In this document: in pieces, positions 40,965 to 51,300 of the stretch
Layout: every line of letters starts with the position of its first letter
Position numbering within the stretch: position 1 is the stretch's first letter
Source: Podarcis cretensis
Taxonomy: Eukaryota
DNA length: 64,000 bases
Assembly (NCBI GenBank): GCA_951804945.1
Contig: OX638155.1
Coordinates: forward strand, 51,832,001 to 51,896,000
Direction of reading: 5' to 3'
The notes under the pieces: model-generated
Told to the model about the DNA's origin: nothing
Database searches by the model: none
Seen by the model: the letters and a program-made list of their open reading frames with translations, nothing else
Program-made: the position numbers and the translations under genes

Positions 40965-41740
40965 AGTGTATCTGTACGTATAAGGACACAGACATGGGTT
41001 GCATCTCCAACAGTGTCGTTGTGGGCCCTTCATCCACTCTGCCTTGCCATGCTTATTTTCTTGAACACAATCTATTGAATTTTTAAACTTATCATATATT
41101 CCGGTGCTTAATTAAAAACTATGTGACTGAAAATTTTGCTTCCAATAAGTTGTTCTGAATGAAACACTTATCTTCACTCTTCCTCAAGTGTTGTTTCTTT
41201 CACATTTTTTGTTCAGTTTCAGTTTTTATACATGCACCATTTAAGCAGATGGTTTTTACTGAAGGATGAATCCATTCTCATGGGGGTGTGGGGGGGGGAG
41301 AGAGAGAGTCTGTAGCAAGACAATCTAAACCATACACAGAATTCCCAGGGGTCTCTTACCTTGCATTTAGAAAACAGTGTGTTGTAATGTAGAAGATAAA
41401 ATTTGCAGAACTTTGCCTCATCCCAGATTCAAAGAGAAATCTTGCGTTATCAACAAAGCTGAAGCATTTAAATACATCAAAAAGTTTCATATGAAGGAAA
41501 ATCTCATACAAATACATGCCCATATGCCTCATAACTGTATTAATTTTTAATTGGAGTAGTCCTGGTTAAAGAATTGTTATTGACATTAAAACCAGCATGC
41601 TTTACTTCATTTAATCAGTAGTTTAGGCTGCAGTTCTAAACACACCAGGGAGTCGGTCACATTAGAGTGGGACTTGCCTCTGACTAAACATTCATGACTT
41701 TGCACTGCTAATTCAACTTAAAGCTATGCAACACAATTCT
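40965..41740. repeat. Diverged dispersed repeat, copy A (homologous to 58303-59285)
   Basis: Colinear shared words: cactcttcctcaagtgtt, caccatttaagcag, caagacaatctaaacc, atttgcagaactttgc, aatacatgcc, ttaaagaattgtt. Confidence 0.9.
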
Positions 41741-42457
41741 GTTTAGCAGGAAGTCAGTCCTACAGTGCTCAGTGGGGCTTTCCCCCATGGAACAGAGCAT
41801 AAAAACGGAGTCTTAGGCTGTAATCCTATACTCATTTACCATGGCATAAGCATCACTGAGCTCAGTGGGACTGACTTCTGAGCAGTCAATAACCATTAAT
41901 AAATTATAATAAAAAGAGGAGTGTCAACCAGTTTAATTTAAATTTAATCCATTTATTGACAATTCATCTATTAATTTATGTATCACTGAAGCATAATTAT
42001 AGGTACTCTTTCATTACCGTAAAGACAGTGTGAGGAATCTTAAAATCTAATAAACTAGGGTTAAAATCCTGGGGTTGTAACTAAGGTTACATTTACCTAG
42101 GAGTAAGTCCCATTGAACTCAATGGGACTTACTTCTGAATAGATGTGCATAGAATTGTACTGTAATGTTACCACTCATTGTTAGGAATCGATATATTTAA
42201 TTTTTTCTTCAACGTTCAATGTTACAGTAATATATTCGAATCACAGTAGCCTAAAAGAATAAGCAAATGTGCCTGTAGCTCCCTTTGGGAGATAGTTATA
42301 ACATGTTCACGTAACATCAAACATGAAAGAAGATATTAAAGATATTTCATCTTCAAAATAAAAATATTTTGCCTTCAAAGATAAACCTTCCTGAAGGAGG
42401 AAAATAAGTTTACTTGATTCTTAGAAATTCAAAATAGCAAAGAGGCCATGCTGGAAA

Positions 42458-42850
42458 CATAAGAAAAGCCCTGCCAAATCAGCTCCAGGTCCAGCATCCA
42501 GTTCCCTACCGTAGCCAGCCTCCTCTAGTATTTCCCATGGTGTTTAGAGGTATACTTGGGAGCTGCATTTAGGTGGAATGGTTTATAGCCACTGATAGAC
42601 TTCTCCTCCATGAACTTTGTCAAATCGCCTTTGGAAGCTGCCTCTGTCAGCATGTATCACAGCATCTTTTAGCCATGAATTCCATAAGTTAATTGTGCAA
42701 TATATGAAATGCTTCATTTTGTCTGGCCTGATTCAACTGCCAGGGAATTTCACAAAGTGATCTTGAGTTCTAGAGTTTCAAGAGAGAGTAATTTTCCTCT
42801 GTCCACATTCTCCACACGAGTCATAATTTTATTAACCTCTATTATGTAAC
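42458..42850 (-). mobile_element. Degraded CR1 LINE 3' region
   Basis: Minus-strand IEVNKIMTRVENVDRGKLLSL resembles the CR1 ORF2 C-terminus; cataagaaaagccctg tail. Confidence 0.7.
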
Positions 42851-42937
42851 CTTTTTTTATATAGGTTATGGAATATTTTCCTCTCAACCTATATATTAAT
42901 GTCTCTCCCACTTTCCCTTGCCCTTCCCTCACAACAG

Positions 42938-43025
42938 TTTGCTCGACAGCCCAAACCGTCTAGATGAAGAGCACAGACTGATCGCAAGGTATGCAGCAAG
43001 ACTGGCAGCTGAGACTACTTCATCA
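42938..43025 (+). CDS. DTNA: DTNA exon, syntrophin-binding site ([29 protein letters not shown]), 88 nt
   Basis: Long pyrimidine tract, caacag|TTTG acceptor; TCA|gtaagt donor. Confidence 0.96.
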
Positions 43026-43195
43026 GTAAGTGGCTTTCATTAAGAGAAGGTGGTTTTGTTTTGTTTGAACTTGCTGAAATAAAAGGGTTGAGGAAAGCTA
43101 CCACTATCCCCTGGGATAGGCTTGTTTACATAGGAGGAACTATCTCTAGCCATGCTGAAAGATTGATTGGCACAAGTCTAGAAGTCACTGCAATC

Positions 43196-43196
<1 letters not shown>

Positions 43197-43231
<35 letters not shown>

Positions 43232-43699
43232 TTATTTTTATACCCCGCCCATCTGGCTGGGTTTCCCCAGCCACTCTGGGCTGCTTCCAACAAAAGATTA
43301 AAAATACTTTAAAACATCGGTCATTAAAAACTTCCCTAAACAGGGCTGTCTTCAGATGTCTTCTAAATGTCAGATAGTTGTTTATGGCTTTGACATCTGA
43401 TGGGAGGGTGTTCCTGGGGGGCGGGCAGCACTACCGAGAAGGCCCTCTGCCTGGTTCCCTGTAACTTTGCTTCTTGCAGTGAGGGAACCGCCAGAAGGCC
43501 CTCAGAGCTGGACCTCAGTGTCTGGGTTGAACGATGGGGGTGGAGCCACTCTTTCAGGTATACAGAACCAAGGCTGCTTAGGGCTTTAAAGGTGAGCACC
43601 AAAACTTTGAATTGTGCTCGGAAATGTACTGGGAGCCAATGTAGGTCTTTCAAGACTGGTGTTACGTGGTCTCGGCAGCCACTCCCAGTCACCATTCTA
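43197..43699 (-). mobile_element. L2 LINE 3' fragment with (TAA)n tail
   Basis: DHVTPVLKDLHWLPVHFRAQFKVLVLTFKAL...RAFSV, a typical L2 ORF2 C-terminus; microsatellite tail 43197-43230. Confidence 0.9.
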
Positions 43700-45499
43700 A
43701 AGGCACATGACTACTCAGAAGGAAGTCCTATTGAATTCAGTGGTGCCTGCTCCCAGCTGAGGTGTGTTAGGGTTGTCGCATTAAAGTTGAAGATTGGAAA
43801 TACTGACATCTCTGTGAGCACACATGATTTCTGGCTGCTACCACAGCAAATGCTGAATCTCTGAGGCTGCTTTGGCAATACTGCAGGGGCAAAAGCAAAA
43901 TCCAAGGCCTATCTGCCACATAAAACCCTTAGGACAAGAGGGTCCTTAGCGGCAGGTAGGGTTCCCCATCACCACTACTGTTCACTTTGTCCTTTCATCC
44001 TCCAAAACATATTCCTGCAAGTATCACAGGCAGAGAATGGGGTTTCTATTTCCAGGCCTTGGATTGCCTCAGAGAAATGATCCAGGTTTTGAGGGCTCAG
44101 GTCATTTCCAAGCTAATCCAAGGGGACTTTGGAAGAACTCAGTCATCCCTAAAATAGACCATGATTTCCAGTTAATGACAGACATTATTCCCCCATCCTT
44201 GCTGCATGTGCAGCACAGTTTCTCACTGTAAAAGCTACTTATCATGCTTGTCATACTGTGAGACTTGTCTCTGAAAATTATTACATGACAGTTAAAGGGG
44301 AAAAACTACTGCTGTAGAGAGAGTTCTCTTGCATCAGTGGAACAAAATATTGGCTAGTGCCACCAAGCAGAGGTTTTTCAAGAGATTTTTCAGAGATGTT
44401 GTGCCACCCAGTTGAGGACCTTCTCCATCTAGGAGAAGAAAGTGAGATTATGCTCATTATGACTTATTTGCTAAACACTTGGGACAGTAAAATCACTTGA
44501 ATCCATAGCTACTTATGTGCAATTCTGATTAAAATACAGCCAGTGAATACATTCAGAGCATTAGTTAAATTTTGTTGGGTATGTTTCAAGTGCTGTGGCC
44601 TCAGGCCTCTGTGATGTTGTCATTCCCCAACTGACCCTGTTCAATAAAGCCAGGACTGCTTCAGCTGTGCTAGTATTCTATTGATAGTTAGCAAGTAATG
44701 AGCTTCTTCCCCCTCCCCTTGTTACTCATCTCAGTTGTCTTCAAAATGGGAGGGGAACAGCAAATTAATTATCACAGTACCTCACCAAGGCTGAGAGTGT
44801 GCAGTCTATAGCTTTGCCACTGGAGCACCAGCTGCAATGATGAAGGTGATGCCAATGGCCAAATATTATTCTGACGTTTTGATTACTGATTGTGTCGTAA
44901 ACCAAGTAGTGCTTCTGTCATGAGGAGGAGCTGGGAGGGAGATTGATCACAAGGTCTTCTGAGGAAATTCTTAACAGATACTGTCAATTAACCAAGTAGT
45001 TATGAGAGAAGTGTGACTGGATGGAATGAAGGCCAAAATAATTTATGTGAGCCAGAAATCAGTTAATTGCTAGTCACTTTCAGTGCAGTGTCTCAGATGT
45101 ATGTATTTGGTTCTTCCACCCAATATCACACCGTGGACTTTTGGTCACACAATTGGATTTCCCTTTCTTCTTCTTCTTTTCCTCAACCCTCCAGAGCACA
45201 TTTTGTGGGTGTGCAGAAGGCTGCAGGGGGAAAGGGAATGATGGGGATTTCAGTTTTGTTTTTGTATTGTGTGGACCACCTTGAGTTTCTCTGAAAATCA
45301 GGCAGGGTATAATTTTTTGCAATTAATTTAAGTTGAATAAACACCTTTAGCCCCTATATTACACAAGCATTGCTGTACGATATCAGCCATATGGTTAATA
45401 TGTGTATGAATACAAAAAGGACAAAAGATGGGCATGTCTATCTTTAAACAATATACTTTTATTTGCCATTGTTATTGACATGAACAACCTGTCTTCCAG

Positions 45500-45606
45500 C
45501 AACTGCAACAGCAACCACAACAGAGAGGTGCTCCAGATATCTCATTCTCTATTGATGCTAATAAGCAACAAAGACAGCTTATTGCAGAACTTGAAAATAA
45601 GAACAG
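45500..45606 (+). CDS. DTNA: DTNA exon ([36 protein letters not shown]); start could be 45512
   Basis: ttccag|CAA acceptor, with further in-frame CAGs at +12 and +24; ACAG|gtaaga donor. Confidence 0.9.
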
Positions 45607-46717
45607 GTAAGAGTCTGTTGTAACCTACCTCCAAGCTAAATGTATGTCTGCGGATAGAAACAAAATGTATCAAGTTTCAAGGCAGAGTTGACCAAAACTG
45701 TGGTGAATCTGTCATGAGGGAACCTATAGATGCAGTATAATACACTGGGGCCACTGTTAGTTTCTGGGTTTTGGATTTAATTTAATAAGCTATAAGACAA
45801 TCTATACTTAAACAGTACCTCCTAGTTGCAGCATCTGAGCTTTCAGTTTTTCCATGGAGCAGATTTTGAGGCTGTGTGAAGAGGTACCTCTCTTTGGGAT
45901 GGGGAGGGGGGAGGCATCTCAGAGACCAGGGGCAGCAGCAGAGGCTGCCTGGAGGACTCCTGGTGAGAGGAGAGGAGGCTGAGGGAACACTACACAAGGG
46001 AGGGTGTTTGAAAAAGGGTGAGAGGCTGCCAGCTCTGCAGGCAAGGGGTGACATAACTGGGCTCCTGAGCCCCACAGGGGTGCCACAGAAAGAATGTAGT
46101 TGGTCAAGGGAACCATGGACTCAAAAAAAATGAAAACCTTTGCCCTAGCACAACAAAAAAGAAGAAACAAACACTTTGTGGTTTGTTAAGTGATGGGGAA
46201 ATGCATTGAAAAGTGTGAGATGAACAATTGTCTAATGAGAATACATATAAACACCCCATAAGAAATCGGAATGAATGCAGGACAAATGCTCATCATTGTT
46301 TAACCACCCCACAAACAAATCAGAAAGAATGTTCAACAGAGTCCAACTAGGTAAATCCAGAAGTGTTGCATCACTTGAGAGTGAAGGTGTTGTGCTATCT
46401 TCCAGGCAAGTGGGACACTCTTGCTTACCAAGAGAGGGAGGAGCTAGGTGGCAGGGAAGTCAGCACAGTGCAAACACACTAGGTGCTCCTGCTGGTGCTT
46501 TTGCACCATATTTACCTCCCTGCCGCCTCTCCCTCGAGGTAAGGAACAGTAACCCACCTGCCAGTTAGTGAAGCAGTTCCCCTGTCACCAGCTGCTCCTG
46601 ATGTACTTTTGTGCAGGCACAAGCCAGGATGAATGCCCAATAAACAGGTCATTTAGAGGGGCCCTTGGTGAAAACGTTACCTACGGCTTACCTCTTCTTC
46701 TTCTCTTCTTCTGTAAG

Positions 46718-46831
46718 AGAAATCTTACAAGAGATTCACAGGCTGCGACTTGAACATGAGCAGGCGTCTCAACCCACTCCAGAGAAGGCAGCGCAGAATC
46801 CTACTCTCCTGGCAGAACTTCGGCTCCTGAG
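46718..46831 (+). CDS. DTNA: DTNA exon, coiled coil ([15 protein letters not shown]...LAELRLLR), 114 nt
   Basis: Pyrimidine tract, gtaag|AGAA acceptor; GAG|gtaagt donor. Confidence 0.96.
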
Positions 46832-47734
46832 GTAAGTACATAAAGTATATTATATTCAGCCAATGACTTCAGAGGTTTCTTATTAAAAAAATAATAATAA
46901 CACAATCTTACACATCTCTACTCAGAAATAAGCCACATTCAGTTCAGTGGGGCACACTACCAGGTAGCATATATTGTTTTGAGGTTGTGTTTTCCATTAT
47001 TGATTTTACTAATGGAGTTGTCAAAAGATAACTCTTCCTCTAACTAGAAAAAAATAATGGCAGCAACATGCAACATTAGTGTTGTAGAACTTATTAGAAA
47101 GTGATCAAGATCAATGTTCAAGTTTAACTGTTTCCCTTTTGGAGACCCATCCTAAAATGTGTTTTAGAATACTACAAATAGGGTGAAATAGTTTTACTTT
47201 TTTTAAAAAAAAAGTCCCTTGATTATGCAGTGCTGGAATTTTTACTTGACTCTCTGAGGCTGTAATCCTGTGTACACTATCCTAGGGGTAAGCTAGTGTG
47301 CGTGGTGCTTGTTTTTGCATTTCTTTGATTTTGCTTCACAGATAAAAAAAACATAATAACTTTCTTTAAATTTATTGACACTGAATGTCCTTAGGGAGCT
47401 TTGTCAACAGAGATCTGTCCTCCATTTTAATTTGCAATGTCACAGGAAGCAGTATATGTCCAAGCTTGTGTGCGGTCAGAATAGTAATAGTTAATTAACA
47501 GTTAAAGGGGCTTATTTTAATTCCTTGCACAACATTTGCAAAATAGCCAAATGAAAGCTTCTCAGCATAATGAAAATATAAGTAGGGACTATGTGGTTGT
47601 TCCCCCAAGTGTTCTGTGCAGTGTACTGGCTATTTCACAGTCCCAGGTTCTCTAATAAAAATATCACTGTGGCTCTCTAACCTGAACACCAGGCTTTGCC
47701 AGTCTAGTGCCCTCCCGGTGTTTTGAACTACAAC

Positions 47735-47805
47735 CAGTGCTTTTTTCCTGGGGGTACACAAAGGTATGCAGTACCAGCACCTTTTTTTCTCGAAGGAAAG
47801 CACTG
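47735..47805. mobile_element. 71-bp hAT-type mini-MITE
   Basis: TIR cagtgcttt / aaagcactg; flanks actacaac / actagaac; related end fragment at ~14385-14445. Confidence 0.8.
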
Positions 47806-49024
47806 ACTAGAACACTAATCTGCATTCTGCTTAAAGGCTGTTCTTGCTGGGGGGGTTCAAAAGATCCCAGAAAGCTCAAAAAGTCGGCCCAGTAAACTGA
47901 AATCAGGTGATGGGGAAGAAAACTTAATTATTAAATTGTCATTCTAGTTGGCTAAGAAGTTGAGAGTGGAAGTTAAGATAATGTCTGTAAGGACTCTTCC
48001 AGACATCCTTTTTTATTGAGCATTCATCATGATTTGTGCTTGTTATGTTATTTCAGCAGCTCTATGTTATCCCCAATTAACACTCAACTTTAAAAGAAAC
48101 CAGAAGTTAGTACCTCCTTAAAGGACACTGAACATGTTCCTTACATTGAAAAGTATAGTGTTTGAAACTATATCTGTTGATACTGTAGTCAGCAGAGGAT
48201 GAACATGTATGTGAATGCACCTTTGAGGCAATGTGTGTTGTGCCAAATAATCAGCAAATAGATGCAAGATCATACTCAGCAGTGTGGCATCAGTTTGTCC
48301 TGGATCAGGAGACCTTTTGGAATAGCTGAATTACCAGGGAAAGGAATCCCAAGAGCTAGAGTAACACATATTGAAAAAGCAACTTCTGGTTCCAAACCCA
48401 GCCAACTGTTAAATAGGCTTTACCAACTTGAACTCACAATGGCAGAAGGAGGGCAGATTCTGACAAAAATCCAGGATGTTCAGGAAATGTCAGCCTTTTC
48501 TGTGGGCAGACTTTTAGCCGGTAAACATTTGATCCATTAGAGAATCAATATTGAGTATCAGAATAGGACAAGGGAGTGCTAACTTCATATCCTCTCTTGA
48601 ATGGGTCACCTTGAGCAAGTTATCCCCTCTCAGCCTAACCTATTTTATGGATTGTTGTGGAGACAAAATAAGAAGTGAGGAAAGGACTTTCTATGCATGT
48701 TGTCCTGAGCTTCTTGGAATAAGAGACAGATAAAAACAAATAATAAAATAAATATATATTTGGTGCATTGGAGTAGCATGGTGGTGAGCTAGGAAAAGAT
48801 TCTGGAGGGCTTGTTGTCTGCTGCAAGAGTGGAACCAAGCTCCATGTTTTGAGCTGTGCTCATGGTCAGTCTTGGGGCAAAAACTTCCTGCATAGGAAAT
48901 CAGGTGCAACATTATAACACATGTTTTGGATTACAAATGCAGGCTTTTCCACTGCATGTTCATTTGTCTGGGAAGCTTTGGAATGGTTAGCTACATGCCC
49001 TGATCTTAAATGCTTATTTCTTAG

Positions 49025-49121
49025 GCAGAGGAAGGATGAGCTTGAACAGAGGATGTCAGCTCTTCAGGAAAGCCGGAGAGAACTCATGGTTCAGTTAGAA
49101 GGCCTCATGAAACTGCTAAAG
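49025..49121 (+). CDS. DTNA: DTNA exon, coiled coil ([13 protein letters not shown]...GLMKLLK), 97 nt
   Basis: cttag|GCAG acceptor; AAG|gtaaac donor. Confidence 0.97.
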
Positions 49122-49166
49122 GTAAACTATTTTAATTCCCAAGCTTATACGATTTCTCTCCTAGAC

Positions 49167-49292
49167 CAGGGATGTGGAACCTGTAGCCCTCCAGATGATG
49201 TATGACTCCACTCTTCCCTGAGCATTGGCCATGCTGATTGGGGTTGATGGAGTCTAACCGCAGCTCAGGGGACTCCAGATTTCCCATCCCTG
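49167..49292. mobile_element. Palindromic hAT MITE, same family as 20406
   Basis: cagggatg ... catccctg. Confidence 0.75.
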
Positions 49293-50359
49293 CCATAGTT
49301 GTTTGTTCTGGGAAATACCTCCCACTAACTTCAGATATTCCTATTGCCCAGACAAATAGGTTGTTGTTGCTGTTATCTTTTCAACCTACAATTTGACCAT
49401 TGTTTCCACAAAAACAGCAGCAATGGAGAGTGGATCCAAATGCCCTTTTCTCCAGGTACTTAGTACTGAGGAGCTAAGGAGTGTTGTTGCTAGTTGTCAT
49501 ATTTCATTATATACACCCCCTGTTTATTAACCTCTTCAACCTAAATGATTTGGAAAAGGACTAATGTGCAGAAATACATCCCTTTGATAACAGAAATTAA
49601 GATGGGGAGGGGAGGGGGCAGATGGGCAAGGACTCAACTTCTTTGTTTGGAATTTTGTTCATATTTTAAAAGATCAGTCCTGGCATAAACTAGCCTGGTC
49701 TCATTAAACTTAATACCTGCAGGGGCTAAAATTATATTCTTTTCCTGTTAGCTACCCCTATTTAACAAAGTATATTTGTTGATGTACAGAGGTGCACAGC
49801 AAAAGAGCTATTAAGCCATCTTTGCTGTTTCTCAGTCCTGTATAGGGTCTGAGTCCAACCCCCTGCCATGCAGGAATCTCAGCTAAAACATCCATGACAA
49901 ATGGCAATCCATCCTCTGCATAAAAACATCCAAGGAAGGAGGCTCATAATATATACAAAATATATTTGCATCCAACAACATGACAAGCTTTAGGAAATGT
50001 GAGGCTGGCCCCTTTAATGGTTTGAGTGCACCACTTAACTTGGAGCTGTGTTGCTATATAGCCACTCCTGTTGTTATGTATGTACAGTGAGAACATTTAA
50101 AATGTAAGAGTCCTGCTGAATCTGACCATCTACGGTACTCTAGCAGTGATTAGCCAGGTCACTCCAAAACTTCTCAAATGGGAGAGAAAGGCAACAGCTC
50201 TCCTTCATTATTGCCCCCCCCCCCTGGAAATTGATGTTCAGAAGTATGCTGTTCTAAGACCAAGGGGTGACAATCCTGCTCTGTAGCTGCAGCTCTCTCC
50301 CCTATCTCACACTTTAAGCTCAGACTCATCTGACTCGCAATCATCCAATCTTTCTTTAG

Positions 50360-50380
50360 GAAGAAGAATTGAAGCAGGGA
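50360..50380 (+). CDS. DTNA: DTNA 21-nt alternative exon (EEELKQG)
   Basis: tctttctttag|GAAGAAGAATTGAAGCAGGGA|gtaagt. Confidence 0.93.
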
Positions 50381-50410
50381 GTAAGTTATTTACTCTGTAG
50401 ATGTCACTAA
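50360..50410 (+). CDS. DTNA: Alpha-dystrobrevin-2-type terminal exon by donor read-through (EEELKQGVSYLLCRCH*)
   Basis: Resembles the recalled mammalian alpha-DB2 end EEELKQGVSYVPYCRS*; AATAAA at 50486-50491. Confidence 0.8.
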   Translation, partial: EEELKQGVSYLLCRCH

Positions 50411-51074
50411 CTCTTAAGAAGCGCTCCTGTGATCCAAATGTGTGCTTACTACATCTGCTTGAAATGCGTTTACATGCTCTGGACCAATAAATAACACTAC
50501 CTCGCACGTCTTTCACCTTTTATATGAGAAGTTAAGGTACTTTAAATAGTCAGCTGTTATGGCTTTCTTGATAGGTCAGCAACAACAAAACAGATCTCTG
50601 TGGCTCACTACTGATATAATGGTATCTTTGGCATGAAGAGCAATAACTCTTCAATGCTGTCCAACACAAACTATTGAATTGTGTGAACATGAGCAAACTC
50701 CTTGAAGTTGAAAATGTAGAGGTACTTCAGATTGATGAAATGCTAAGTCCATCCCCCAACCCAAGTAACAGCTTTGAGAATATTTGAAAAATAATTCCAT
50801 AACCTATTTGTACTGAAAAATGCACTAAGGTTGTGTTTGTAATTATCTTTCCAAATGCATTAAATTACACTGAAGCCAAAGGAATAATGTTGCTTAAGTG
50901 ACTAAAGTGTAGCATTCTCACTGGCTCAGGAAGTGTTGAGGGATTTCTCACTATACTAAAGCAGAGTTTTGTTTCTTGGTTCAGCTACGAAATCAATGTG
51001 CAGTAGCTAGAACTATGTGCACACAGATTAGGAGAAAACTGGTAGTATTGGGCCATTGCTGATCTATTGGTATA

Positions 51075-51300
51075 CAGTGGTACCTCGGGTTAAGAACTTA
51101 ATTCATTCCCGAGGTCCGTTCTTAACCTGAAACTTTTCTTAACCTGAGGCACCACTTTAGCTAATGGGGCCTCCTGCTGCAGCCACACCACCACCACACG
51201 ATTTCTGTTCTCATCCTGAAGCAAAGTTCTTAACCCGAGGTACTATTTCTGGGTTAGCAGAGTCTGTAACCAGAATCGTCTGTAACCCGAGGTACCACTG
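51075..51300. mobile_element. Tc1/mariner (Tigger/pogo-like) MITE
   Basis: Perfect 18-bp TIR CAGTGGTACCTCGGGTTA; TA TSD on both sides. Confidence 0.93.
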
